Positions 21,062 through 37,340 of a stretch of DNA of 64,000 bases are shown here, piece by piece. The notes beneath the pieces were generated by a model. The model did not search any database and had not been told where the DNA came from. It was given only the letters and a program-made list of their open reading frames with translations. Position numbers and translations under genes: made by a program. Position 1 is the stretch's first letter. Each line of letters begins with the position of its first letter. Origin of the DNA: the human T2T-CHM13v2.0 reference genome, Homo sapiens; assembly GCF_009914755.1 (NCBI RefSeq), contig NC_060943.1; one strand, written 5' to 3'.

Positions 21062-21431
21062 TGATATGGTTAGGCTGTGTCCTCACCCAAATCTCATCTT
21101 GAATTGTAGTTCCCATAATCCCCACATGTGGTGGGAAGGACCTAATGGGAGGTAATTTAATCATATGAGCAGTTTCCCCCATGCTATGCTTGTGATAGTG
21201 AGCAACTTCTCACAAGATCTGATGGCTTTATAAGGGGCTTCCCCCTTCACTTGGGTCTCATTCTTCTTGCTGCTGCCATGTGAAGAAGGACGTGTTTGCT
21301 TCCCCTTCTGCCATGAATATGTTTTCTGAGGCCTCCCAGCCCTGGGGAACTGTGAATCAATTAAGCCTCTTTCCTTTATAAATTACCTAGTCTTGGGCAT
21401 TTCCCCATAGCAGGGTGAGAACAGACTAATA
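21062..21431 (+). mobile_element. THE1 (ERVL-MaLR) solo LTR
   Basis: Begins TGATATGGTTAGGCTGTGTCCTCACCCAAATCTCATCTTGAATTGTA and ends ...GAACAGACTAATA, matching recalled THE1B/C consensus. Confidence 0.88.
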
Positions 21432-21432
21432 A

Positions 21433-21782
21433 ACCTTATTTTAAGAAATTGCCACAGCCACCCCAACCTTTAGCACCCACACTCTGATCAATTAGCAGCC
21501 ATCAACATCACGGCAAGACCCTCTGCCAACAAAAAGTTTACCACTTGCTGAAGATGCAGATGATCATTAGCATTTTTTAGTAATGAAGTATTTTTAAATT
21601 AAGGTATGTGCATTGTTTTTGTGACAATGCGATTGCATACTTAACAGACTACAATATAGTGTAAATATAACTTTTATATGTACAGGAAAATAAAAAACAT
21701 CATGTGACTTGCTTCATTGCGATATTCACTTTCTTGAAATGATCTGGAATGACACCTGCAATATCTCCAAGATAAGCCTATA
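21433..21782 (+). mobile_element. Tigger1 DNA transposon 3' end
   Basis: TATTTTAAGAAATTGCCACAGCCACCCCAACC...GCAATATCTCCAAGATAAGCCTATA resembles the Tigger1 terminal region and TIR. Confidence 0.82.
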
Positions 21783-21854
21783 ATATCTTTTCCTGATAAT
21801 TTTGGCTATATACTTCTTGATCACCTTTTCTATGACAAGGATTTGGTAATATCA

Positions 21855-21983
21855 TTTTTTTATTTTTATTTTATTATTATACTTTAAGTTTTAGGCTACA
21901 TGTGCACAATGTGCAGGTTAGTTACATATGTATACATGTGCCATGCTGGTGTGCTGCACCCACTAACTCGTCGTTTAGCATTA
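21855..21983 (-). mobile_element. 5'-truncated young L1PA 3'UTR end (~130 bp) with poly(A)
   Basis: TTATTATACTTTAAGTTTTAGG...CATGTGCCATGCTGGTGTGCTGCACCCACTAACTCGTC...TAGCATTA. It has the GAG (not ACA/ACG) diagnostic, so L1PA2-4-like rather than L1HS-Ta. Confidence 0.88.
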
Positions 21984-22509
21984 ATGAAGTATTTGTTGAA
22001 GGAATGAATGATCATCTGAGAATGAAATCAGAAAAAATGTCATACACATTAGCTATCTATAGAAAAGATATAAGTCAAAAGATATTTCGTAAATGTAGTT
22101 TGAAGAATCTCAGGGAAAACTTTAAATTCAACCAAACTGACCCAGCTATAACCCCAGGAAGGCATGCATGGAATGTGTTTGTAGCTGGAAAGCTTAAACT
22201 TAATTTTGTATCCTCAGAAGAAATACTTGTGTTTCTGGGAGAGGATTGGGACAGTGTCTGGAAATTGGGGTGGCGGGTCCAAGAGAGGAATTACGTGGTG
22301 TGTGTGTAGCACTCTCTGGGGGCCTGACCAGAGGAGCAGTGCAGCGTTCCCTCCACAAAGCCATCTGCACTAACACACAGATGGGCGTGTCCCTGTTGTT
22401 GCCTCTGGCTGCAAGGGTCTCTCCCTTGCTTAGCGTCTGTCCTCCCAGTACCATCTGAGTAGAAGATAGCTGCACGTGGAGATTTCTTGGTAAGGAGAGA
22501 ATGTGAGTG

Positions 22510-22690
22510 GTTGAGGGCTCTGCATCTAAGCTGCTTGGATCAGATCCTGGTCTTGGGATGCTGGCTAATCTTTCAGTTTTCTGATTTGTAGAATGGGGAT
22601 AATAGTAGCACCTTTCTCTTAGTGTTGCAGTGAGGGCTCTGAGCGTGCTACCCGGCACCTGTGATAAGTATTCAATGACAGTATTAGCTC
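22510..22690 (+). mobile_element. MIR
   Basis: TTTCAGTTTTCTGATTTGTAGAATGGGGATAATAGTAGCACC core. Confidence 0.6.
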
Positions 22691-23618
22691 TCGTTGGTAT
22701 TCATAAAGTAGTAACTGGCCTCTGGTTCATACATCAGTTTTCTTTGAGCTTAGATAGCCTAAATAATTAATCCCCATGGAACTGCTTGCTTCTGGGTGCA
22801 TTGAATAAGCTGATAAACAGACACTGGGAAGTAATGACAGATAAGCTCTTCCTACACTGCTCATCCAGGGAATCCAGCCTGCAGTTCTCAGGGGAGACTT
22901 CTGGAGAAGGCTGTTCTTGAGCTGAGTACTGTGGGAAAAAGTAAGTCCAGTGCCACAGCAAGAGGGGAGGACTCTTGGGCAGGGGCATGACACGTCCAAA
23001 GGTGTGGAGGTGAGAGCAAGCATGAGGTATTTGAGCTGCAGGAGATTGAGGGTAGAGTCTGGACAGGTATGAATAAGGAGTAGAGGGAAATGACATTGGA
23101 AAGTGGGAGCAGTCCTTGAAATAACTAATAACAATGTCTAACTGGGCACTAACAGCACTTCAGGTCCTGTGCTGAGTCCTTCGACTCACTGCGCTAACCA
23201 GGTTTGATGCTGAGAGCTTTGTCTACATTGCATTGTTTAATCCTCACAACAACCCTTTGATGTAGGTACTTACCTCTGGTATGTGTGGCATCATGTCACA
23301 TGTCACCTGGTAGGTCTCCCTGCCTTTTTTTTTGAAATGGAATCTTGCTCTGTCACCCTGGCTGGAAGGCAGTGGCAGGATCTCGACTTACTGCAACCTC
23401 TGCCTCCCTGGGTTCAAGCGATTCTTCTGCCTCAGCCTCCCGAGTAGCTAGGACTACAGGTGAGTGCCACCATGCCTGGCTAATTTTTGTATTTGTAATA
23501 GAGGCGGGGTTTCACCATATTGGCCAGGCTGGTCTTGAACTCCTTACCTTGTGATCCGCCCACCTTGGTCTCCCAAAGTGCTGGGATTACAGGAGTGAGC
23601 CACCATGCCCAGCTGCTG

Positions 23619-23650
<32 letters not shown>

Positions 23651-23651
23651 A

Positions 23652-23837
<186 letters not shown>

Positions 23838-24243
23838 TAGGCTGGTCTGGAACTCCTGACCTCAGGTGATCCGCCTGCCTTGGCCTCCCAAGGTGCTGGG
23901 ATTGTAGGCGTGAGTCACCTCGCCTGGCCTCTGCTTCTTGATTCAGCCTGCACATGGCTGCCAAGATAACTCCCAGTGTCTTATATATGTTTAAAAGCTT
24001 TTTGTGATCCTGTTTCCTGATGAAGTCCAAGCACACTAAGATCCTCTGACTTCATGAAAAACCACGAAGTTAAAATGTAAAAATATTTATATCTTAGAAT
24101 TTAATAAAAACAGGACAGGTGCAGATGTGGATCAAGCTCAGAGAAATCAGTGAAAGAAGCAAGGTACAGAACAATGTATGTTTGCCCATTTGTGTTTTTC
24201 TAATTTTAAAAAATTTCTCCACTTTTGAAGTAATATGAGCTCA

Positions 24244-24657
<414 letters not shown>

Positions 24658-25179
24658 TTATGGAATGATAGAAAAGAAACAGTGGTTGTTTTTGGGATGA
24701 GACCCCAGAAAACCAGGCTGTTAGGCTGAGTTAGCTTTTTCTTTGCATACCATTTTGTATGGTGTGAATTTTTTTCCCTGTGTATATGTATTTTCTTTTT
24801 TTTCTTTTTTTTTTTTTGAGACAGAGTCTTGCTCTGTTGCCTAGGCTGGAGTGAAGTGGTGCAATCTTGGCTCACTGCAACCTCCGCCTCCTGGGTTCAA
24901 GCGATTCTCCTGCCTCAGCCTCCTGAGTAGCTGGGATTACAGGTGCCCGCCACTACGTCTGGCTAATTTTTGTATTTTTAATAGAGACAGGGTTTCACCA
25001 TGTTGGCCATGTTGGCCAGGTTGGTCTCGAACTCCTGACCTCAAGTGATCCATCCACCTCGGCCTCCCAAAGTGCTGGGATTACAGGCGCGAGTCACCGC
25101 ACCCGGTCTATGTTTTCATTTTAACAATAACTTTTAAAATAAATGTCTATGATGGACATGGCTGTTGTGTAGAGTGAAT

Positions 25180-25360
25180 GTAGCATGGAGGTTAAGAGTG
25201 AGGACTGTGCAAGACGGCTTGGGTTCAAGGCCTGCCCCTGCCTTGACCTCAGTTTACCTCCTCTGAAAATGGGGAGGTAGTAATACCTGCCTCCTGGGGT
25301 TGTAGTGAGGCATTACTGAGTTAATATTTGTAAAGTCCTTGGAACAGTTCCCAGGAGGTA
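25180..25360 (+). mobile_element. MIR
   Basis: CCTCAGTTTACCTCCTCTGAAAATGGGGAGGTAGTAATACCTGCCTCCTGGGGTTGTAGTGAGG MIR core. Confidence 0.72.
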
Positions 25361-25691
25361 TGTGTTTGTCGTCGTCTCTGTTGCTCTGTCCCTGTGCTAT
25401 GCATGACCGTAAGTGTAAAGATGTGTCCAGCCTCTGTCTCTGATGCTCCCAGTTCATTTGGAAAGGGAGAGCATGCAGCTAATGACAGAGACAGCAGAGG
25501 CTGCAGGAGTCAGAAAGGCTCCTTGGGAACTGAGGTGGCCCAAGATGGTTTCATCAAAATGATGGTTGTTAAATATGGGTAATTTCTAGAGGGAAAATAA
25601 CACAAAGGGACTTTTTCCATGTTGTGTGTCCCAGCCAGCCTGAGGCAGGCAGAGGAGTCAGAAACAGGACAAGAGCTTTGAGGAGGCCTGA

Positions 25692-25844
<153 letters not shown>

Positions 25845-27644
25845 TGAGTAGCTGGGACTACAGGTGCCCGCCACCATGCCTGGCTAATTTTTTGTATTTT
25901 TAGTAGAGACGGGGTTTCACTGTGTTAGCCAGGATGGTCTTGATCTCCTGACCTTGTGATCCGCCCACCTCGGCCTCCCAAAGTGCTGGGATTATAGGTG
26001 TGAGCCACCACGCCCGGCTGGCATGTCATTGTTATATGGCAGAGTTTTTCTTGGCATATATGAGACAATGATATGATTTGTAAATGGTGACATCTTTGAC
26101 TCAGTGAAGTGTGGTTGCTCTGCCTTGATGTTTGGAATGGCTATGAGGTGTTCTGTGTGACGTATTTAACAATCCTCGTAATGCAGGGCACGTGGGAATA
26201 ACCAGTGTTGCCAGTGAGTGTTCTTGACGCAGGCCTCTACATTAACCGTGAGTCTGTTCTAGGATTCGTGCCTAGATAGAATATTGCTTTTCTTTCTTTT
26301 TTTTAAGTCATTTTGATTATGTTCCTTGTGTCTGGGCCACTGTCAGTTAAGTGTGTTTTCAAATTGGCAGTGGCAAAGAATCATAATGGGAAGATTTTTG
26401 AAAGTGGAATTAGAGCAAGATATTACCTGAAAAAAAATCTGATTTTCTTACTAAAAATGATTTTGGGATTAAGTACTAGTGAGATGCTAATTATGGCCAG
26501 GAAACCTGGAAATAACTCGCATCTTCCCTCACCCCACCCCCGGTCCCCGAGGTGGATATATGTTCATGGGAACAGAGTTTGGGGAAAGCTGGCTTGGCTC
26601 CCAGACTTGGGTGCCGCAGGCTCTGGTGACCTAGGCAGGAAGAGGCGGAAGTGGTTCCTCTAACCAGCCACAAGGACCTGTGCTGCTCCTGGGTGTCAAG
26701 GTGGGAGAGAATGCGCTACATCCTTGTGCTTGAGTCACTTTGTAATGTACTTTGTAATTCCAGGTGATGCCCCTCCTCAACTGTGTCCCTTCTGTTCCTG
26801 CCTTTGGCTTGGGGTTGAAAGAGGAGGGAGTGGTGGGCACGGAAATGGGAGGAGCCATGACCTCTTTCCCCTCCAGCGCATAGGGCATTACTTCTTTTAG
26901 TTTGTTGCCTGGACTTGGGAGTTGGGCCCAGAGCTGCAGGAAGGTAAGTTTTATTTCTGAAAGTTGTTTTAACTTACAGATTTTGGGGGTTCGAGGGAGT
27001 TTGTTTTCGACTAGTAGAAGACAAGAATTAAGAATTGCAGTGGAAGATGAAATGCTATCTTCTTACTAATCCACGCCCTCTTTCAGAGCAGTAGCTTTCA
27101 TTTACGGAGACTGAGGGTATGGCAGAGGCTGTGCTTTATGGATTTAATCCTCAGCAGTACTGAGGCACAAGAGTTAGGCGACTTGCTCAAAGTTAGTAAG
27201 TGCCATTTATTCAGCTGATATTTACTAAGAGCAGGAATTCACATCTAGATCAGTCTGATTCCCATACCCATACCAGTAACTACTGCATTTTGGAAGTGCG
27301 TCGTTTCCATGAAGTTTCTTTGTATTGGAGCATCTACCTGAAAGGCAAGGGCCTGAGCATTTTCTCCTTTTCCCTTATTAACGGTAAGCTCCTTGAGAGC
27401 AAGCATTATGTCTGTCTCTTCACCACTGCATCCTGGGTTCCTGGAGCAGTGCTATGCACTTAGGAGAACCTTAGTGAATGTTTGAGTATGTGAAGGCTCA
27501 TGGCGCAGATAAGTGGCAGAGCCAGAAGCCAGCCTGGAGGTGAACCACTGCGGGCCTGCTCTCTGGGGCTGTCTTCCCTGCCTAGCGAGTGGATGGTGAG
27601 GAATCACCTAGAATTTTCTCATTTCTTAATGTTTGACCTGCTGA

Positions 27645-27902
<258 letters not shown>

Positions 27903-28687
27903 TGATCTCTTCACCTCGGCCTCCCAAAGTGCTGGAATTACAGGTGTGAGCCATTGCATCAGGCAACTTTCTGGTCTTTTTGAGGGATGGGAAGGTTTGC
28001 TGGGTATGCAAAATTGGAGTCAGTGTTCTCAGCTTGGAAGAGATGTTATAATTTATTGATAGAATTTTTTATGGATGCCTTAAATTCTCAGAAATGATTT
28101 TGAATCTTAAGTTTATCTAAAATTTATATAATCCTTCTCCATAGTGAGAAAAAAATTTCTAAATTATAGTTCGATTTACCTATTTATATATAAGCTTCTG
28201 GATAAATACTTGTTTTTTTTTCCTCCATTTGAGGTTAATTTTGGATAGGTTCCATAGTGCAAAGTTGTTAAGAGTGGCAGTATAGAATTTTTAAGTTTTC
28301 TTGGGCCAGACATGGTAGTTTATGCTTGTAATCCCAGCACTTTGAAGGGCCGAGGCGGGAGGATCGCTTGAGGCCAGGAGTTCGAGACCAACCTGAACAT
28401 CACAGCGAAACCCCATCTTCTGCAGAAAAATTTAAAAATTACCCAGGCATGGTGGTGTGTGCCTGTAGTTCCAGCTACTTGGGAGGCTGAGGTGGGAAGT
28501 TGCCTGAGCCCGGGAGATCAAGGCTGCAGTGAGCCGCGATCACACAACTGCAGTACTCTAGCCTTGGCAACAGAGCAAGAGACTGTAAGGTCTCACTGCA
28601 GCCTCAATCTCCCTGGCTGAAACCATCCTCCTACCTCAGCCTCCCAAGTAGCTGGGACTACAGATATATGCCAGCACACTGGGCTAA

Positions 28688-28840
<153 letters not shown>

Positions 28841-29084
28841 TAAAAAAATAAGTAAAAACAAAAACAAAAAATAGAATTTTAAGTCTTCTTAAATAACTTT
28901 CTAATGGACACAATTAGTTTTCAGTAATCCAACCTTTTTTTTAGAAGTTTTGAAAACTTTTTTTTGGATACCTGGGCTTTTGCACATTGTACCACACTGT
29001 AACAAAAATAAACCGCAGGTTTCTAACTGGTGTAGACTGTTGATTTTTTTTTTTTAACAAATTAGGTTTGAATAAATTATATAA

Positions 29085-29375
<291 letters not shown>

Positions 29376-32159
29376 TGAACCACTGCACGTGGTGCTTTGT
29401 GTTTTTTTTTTTTTAAATCTACTTAGAAATAAATTATTTTCACCCCCTGATTTACACTTGAATTTCCACTAGCAACACAATTTGTTGTCACAAATGTTTT
29501 CATAGTACTTGGGCACATTTGATGCAGAAATTTTTAATGGTCCAAGACTATTTTAATTGATAGATGAAACCTTCCTTTTACCTGAACAAACTTTTTCGGA
29601 AGTTTAGGAGCCAGCTTTGTTCATCCTTTGGTGATAGGTGGTGGTTTGTATGTGTTTGTAGACAAAACTTTCCTTGGCGGGGATTTGCCCCTTTTTTCGT
29701 TGTTTCTTCTTCCTTTGAAGATCTCTGTTTAACAAAGATTTTTTTTTTGGCTCACAGTGTTCCTGTAATAGAATTCCTTCAAGAGTTCTAATACTAGTTT
29801 TGTTTTGTTTTGATGGCAGCAGGTTTTGAGAGTGAGCTTTTGACTTCATAAGAAGACTAAAACAACAGTCTTAGAGTACAGTTAAGTCCATTTGTTACCA
29901 GAAAATCAGACAGACAGCTAGGTCTGTCCTCATCAGGACCAAGTAATACTGGATTTTTTTTTTTCATTAAATGTTCACTATTTTTCTTTGTATGAAATTG
30001 AGGCCAGGTATAGTGACTCACACCTGTAATCCCAGCACTTTGGGAGGTCGAGGTGGGAGGGTTGCTTGAGTCCAGGAGTTTGAGACTGGCCTGGGCAACA
30101 CAGTGAGACTCCGTCTCTTAAAAGAAGAAAGAAAAAAGAAATTGAATATGTGGTGATTACTACCCGTTTCATTTACTTTTTTACTTATTAACGTAGTGAC
30201 TGTTTAAAAAAAGTTACGCATTGATCTTCCTGTTCCTTCCCCACCAAAAATAAAAGCAAAAACAACAAGCCACCCCTCAAATGAAACAAAATTAAGCCTG
30301 TTCTTTATCTATATTACTACTTAGCACATTTGACCTATTTTTTTAAAACCTCTGTTATTTTGAAAGTAAATTTTGGCTCTGTTGACCTTGCGGTTAGAAA
30401 AGTTGTTCTTCTGCTTAAATGAAATGATCAGTTGTTTGTAGATTACCAAATATAAAAGCTCTTCAGAACCGCTAATGATAAGTTGCTTTGGCTTCATAGA
30501 GGAACGCCATGGTTTGTGGTGGTAAATTGTTACAGAGCAAATGTCAGTACCAGAGGCGGTCATGGATCACCACGTGGAAGCAGGTTGTTCCCACATGAGA
30601 TTGGTAGCGAGCCGGTGCTGCATCTGTCTCCTTTCCCACTGCATCCTGGGTGCCTGGAGCCTCACAGGGTTGACCCGTGTTGGGGGTGGGGATGGTTGTA
30701 GAAGCCTCTTTATTTTTACTTGTGATAGATTCTGGCACTGATTAGAATGTTTATTCAGTAGTTTTTTTCCTATCCGCCTGAGTTTTCATAGCTCAATATA
30801 GGATAACATGGGCTTCGGATTTTGTCAACCAATCAATTATATAGTAGCTCTTTTGTTTTGTTTTTAAAATTTATTTCTATTTATGTATTTATTTATTTAT
30901 TTTGAGAGAGGCCCTTGCTGTGTTACCCAGGCTGGAGTGCAGTGGCATGATCATAGCTCACTGCAACCATGAACACCTGGGCCCAAGTGATCCTCCTGCC
31001 TTGGCCGTCTGAAGTGTTAGGATTACAGTGTGAGCCACCAGACCTGACCTTTGTTTTGTTTTAGTAGCTACCTCTTGACTAGAAAAATAGTTTAATCTTG
31101 GCCTCCTTAAAACCTTTTCATTGATATTTTTTACTCTGCTAGAACAGTTCAGTTTTTGCATGTCTTCAAGTGAACATGCTTTAGTATTAATTCCATGGAA
31201 GCCATTTCTGTAGAATAGGCTAGTGTCCAGTTTTGTCCAGTTTTCCTTTTGGAGCAGTGTCTCAGGCACAGAAATAGTCTGGGCTTGGTGGACCCCACCC
31301 CAAAGTGTCACTTCTTTTCCTCTGGCCTTGCTCTCCATGCCCGCCTTTCTCTTGTGATGTTTTAATGATACCCTCCCTGCTCGGTGATTTGTGTTCAGGA
31401 AGCTAGGCAGTGATTACTTTTGTTTCTGCTTTGTGAACTTCCTCCCCCACTTCCTATTTTTACCGCAGTTGCACAGGAAATGAGGCGGCTCCTGGCTGGC
31501 TGCTGCTAAGCAGTGATTTTAGGTGGCAGAGGACAAGGCCTCAGGGCCTGAGCCATTTAAGGCATTTTCCACCTTAATCTTTTCACTACCTTCTTCCTCT
31601 AGGAGTCATAGGAACATGATTTTGTGATTGGGTTGAGGTGACATCATGTCCTCAGCCTTGTGGGTGGAGACAGGGGTTGCTGTTTAGTTGGAGGACAGCA
31701 CTTTTGTGAAGGAAGTGAGGGCTTTTTTCAGCAGTAACAATGTGGGTGGAATGTCGTGGCCCTGTGGCCTCTGCAGCTTGAGGGAAGGTTAAGTTGAAGG
31801 GACAGGCCCTGTTGCAGGTAAGGATAGGGAGGTGGATTCTGGTTACTCTCTAGAGGGCCTTGACTGGCAGCTTGAAGTGAGCTGAGGAGCCTAGTCTGCT
31901 CTCTCAGATCTTTGAGGGGGGCCTCAGCCTCTATGGCACCCTCCTTCCTCTGAACCCATGGCATTTGTTTTCTAAACGACTTATTTAGCATTTATCAGTC
32001 TCTTTTTTGATGATGCCTCTTCTTAGCTTATGGACCCGTTATAGCTTAATTTATGGAGAAAGTTTGTATCATCTCCCCAGAAAGAAGTAACTTGTTATAC
32101 ATTAGTTAACTTGAATATGGAAGGTGCTCAAAGCATTAGTTTATCGGAGATTCTTAAGA

Positions 32160-32375
32160 GCTGCACTGTTGACATTTTGGGGTAGATAATTCTTTGTAGG
32201 GGCTGTCTTGTGCATTATGGGATGTTCAGCAGCACTTCTGGCCTCTACCCACTGGATGCTACCCACTAGCACTTGCCCAGGGTGACAACCAAAACATCTC
32301 TAGACATTGCCAGATGTTGGTAGGGCAGAGAAGGACACAAAATTATACTTTTCCCCACTTGTTGAGAACCACTGT
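32160..32375. mobile_element. MER20 (hAT-Charlie) DNA transposon
   Basis: TGACATTTTGGGGTAGATAATTCTTTG...GGCCTCTACCCACTGGATGC...GTGACAACCAAAACATCTCTAGACATTGCC...TTGAGAACCACTG. Confidence 0.8.
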
Positions 32376-32592
32376 GTTAAAGAATTGAATTACTAATTAC
32401 TAACTTATAAAATGGAATAAAGTAGAATGTTTGGTTCCCTGGGATTAAAGCCATTTGTTAGTTTCTATTTTCATATCTGACATTCTCATAATTCTTAGTT
32501 TGCTACTTAGAGTATGCTGTGCTCTATCAGCTTCAGCTAGTGTTCAGGTATACCTTCTGTGCACTTTCTTTTTTTTTTTTTTTTTTTTTTAG

Positions 32593-32851
<259 letters not shown>

Positions 32852-34216
32852 TGAGCCACCACGCCCGGCCCCTTCTGTGCACTTTCATTGAAAGAACTAG
32901 GAGCTGGGCGCGGTGGCTCATGTCTGTAGTACCAGCATTTTGGGAGCCGAGGCAGAAGGATTGCTTGAGCCCAGGAGTTTGAGACCAGCCTGGGCAATGT
33001 AGAGAGACCCCATCTCTACAAAAAATCAAAAAATAAAAATTAGCTGAGCTACTTAGGAGGCTGAGGTGGGAGGTTCACTTGAGGGAGGTCAAAGCTGCAG
33101 TGAGCTATGATCGTGCCACTGTGCTCTAGCCTGGGGCATGGAGCAAGTCTCAAAAAAAAAAACAAAAACAAAAACAAAAAAACTAGGGCCTGAGCCTTTG
33201 GCAGGCTGGCTTCTTGTCCTCATAGAAGGCATTCTGTCAGCTTCTGTGCCTTGATATTGCTTGCTCTGGAAGTCAATTTCCTTGGAAGCTGAGTAGTGCA
33301 AGGGTAAGGAGGAAATGAGAAACATTTAGGATATAATAATAATAGGTAACATTTATGGAGCAGTTGCTGTAGAAGAGGCACTGTGGTGAACAGGATTGAC
33401 AGGATTGAAAGGACAGGCTAGACAACAGGACGGGGACCATCTGGAATAACACCTTAAGTTTGGGTTAAAAGTTGGTTGTGCCTTTGACCAAGCAAGGCAG
33501 TAAATATAGCAGGAGGAGTGGGAAATAGAAAGGTGACAGGGTAAAACTTTTTTTGAAACATAGTCTTGCTCTGTTGCCCAGGCTGGAGTGCAGTGATGCA
33601 ATCTTGGCTCACTGCAACATCTGCCTCCTGGGTTCAAGTGATTCCCAGATAGCTGGGATCACAGGCGCCCACCACCATGCCCGGCTAATTTTTGTATTTT
33701 TAGTAGAGACAGGGTTTTGCCATGTTGGTCAGGCTGGTCTCAAACTCCTGACCTCAGGTAATCCACCCACCTTGGCCTCCCAAAGTGCTGGGATTACAGG
33801 CGTGAGCTACCGTGCCCTGGCCATGAAAGGGTAAAACTTGAAGACCCTGCAGAGATGTCTCCTGGGTCTGGTCCTTGGAGAGGGAGGTCTTGACTGGAGA
33901 GTTGAATTTGGGAATCATCAGCAGTGATACGGAGTATGATCTCCTAGAGAGAGGTCACTTTTCATTGCTCCAGCTCAGCTTCTCATCAGTTCCAAGAAGC
34001 TGGAAGCCTTAACCATCTTCTAGGAGTGGTAAGCAGAGTGCCATGGTCTGGATATTTGACAGAGGTGGGATGGTGCAAGAATGGAGAGCTCAACCTGTGG
34101 CAGCAGATTGCCATGTCCCAGACCTAGCTGTGTGGTGACCACTACCTTAGCCATGTGGTGAGAACATGAAGAACTCACTTCATCTTATTAGATGCCTCAC
34201 CTACCTTATGGGGTCA

Positions 34217-34411
<195 letters not shown>

Positions 34412-34839
34412 CTACTTGGGAGGCTGAGGCTGGTCAATCACTTGAACCCAGGAGATGGAGATTGCAGTGAGCCGAGATTGTGCCACTGTACTCCAGCCTG
34501 GGCTTAACAGAGCAAGATCCTGTCTTGAAAATAAATAAATAAATATGATAACATGTGAAGTGCATAGCACAGTGCCTGGCTCTTACCCACAGTTAATGTC
34601 AGCTGTTTCAAGATATTTGATATCTAAAGCTCCAAGTATAATGCTTGGCACGTCATAGACACTTAGTGACTGGTCCATTTCTTTGGGGAGTACTTATGTG
34701 GACGTGGCATGTCTTCACTAGCTTATTTATTTATTTTAAGCAGAACCTTATTTCTAGCATCTAACTACTGCCTCCGTGGTTGGCAAGGGTGACTTCATGA
34801 ATGTTGTAAAGGAATACCATTAAATAAGTACTGAGGACA

Positions 34840-36100
<1,261 letters not shown>

Positions 36101-36539
36101 AGCACTAAGCGTCTTTTCGTGTTAGCAGCTTACAGAGTTGCTTCACTTTGTAATGTGGTAACAGATAGAGGGAGCTAAAAAAGTAGAGTTCTAAGGAACG
36201 TCCGAGCAAAGCACTGAATTTTCCAGGCATTTTCTCTTGCCTGGATAGATATTTTAAATTTATGAATGTTGAGAATAAAATTCTTCAAAGCATTTTTCTA
36301 GAGTGCATTTCTAAATACGGTTTGAGTCAGTCTGAACTGACTAAAAACATGGAAATGGTTGGGCTTTGAACTTCATAGACAATAACTTCACTAATCTGCC
36401 TAAAGAATTTCCTGTAGTGTCTCCACATTATCAAGGGTAGATATTTGGATTTGCATTTTTGTGGATTGGAGAGGACAGAACATTTTCTGTGTTTTTTTTT
36501 TTTCCTCAGAAGAGGGAATTGTTTAGGAATGATTCATCT

Positions 36540-37340
36540 TTATATTTTTTGTAACAGCTTTATTGAAATATAATTCACATACCATACAGTTTATCCATTT
36601 AAAGTATATAAATTGGTGGTTTTTAGTATGTTCATAGTTATGCAACCATCATCAATTTTAGAATATTTTCATCACTCTGCAAATAAACCATATACCCATT
36701 AGCAGTCATCCCTTATTTCCCCCATTCCACACCCCCACCCCCAGCCTTAGGCAACCATTAATTGACTTTTTGTTTCAATGGATTTACGTAATTGGTACAG
36801 TTCATATTAAGGGAACTTTGGGTCTGGTTTCTTTCACTTAGCATAATGTTTTCAAGGTTCATCCATGTATCAGTACTTTATTCCTTTTCATGGCTGAATA
36901 ATATTCCATTGTACAGTTATACTACATTTTGTTTGTCCATTTGTCAATTGATAGACATTTGAGTTGTTTCCAGTTTTTGGTATTATGATAATACTGCTCC
37001 AAACATTCATCTGCATGTTGGTTTGTAGACATGTTTTTCATTTCTCTTGGATATATATACCTAGGAGTAAAATTTCTTGGTTGTGTGGTAATTTTATGTT
37101 TAACCATTTGAGGAACTGCCACTGTGTTTTCCAACATGTCTGTACCATTTTGTATTACCCTGAGCAGTATATGAGGATTCCAAATTCTCTAACATTTTGT
37201 CAACACTTGTTATTGTCTGTTTGATTATAGTAATCCTAGTGGTTGCGAAGAGGTATCTCATTGTGATTTTGATTTGCATTTCCCTGATAGTTAGTGATGT
37301 TGACTGTCTTTTCATATGCTTATTGGCATATCATCTTTGG
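36540..37340 (-). mobile_element. Old L1M (L1MB/MC-type) 3' region
   Basis: CAGCTTTATTGAAATATAATTCACATACCAT...TTTCACTTAGCATAATGTTTTCAAGGTTCATCCATG...TTGATTTGCATTTCCCTGAT. Confidence 0.8.

Noticed and set aside
21581-21593. TAATGAAGTATTT inside Tigger1, identical to 21982-21994, as an alternative TSD
   Set aside because: Tigger1 is continuous across this site, the motif is close to Tigger1 consensus, and no poly(A) adjoins it. The 20980 copy abuts the T tail and restores the L2.
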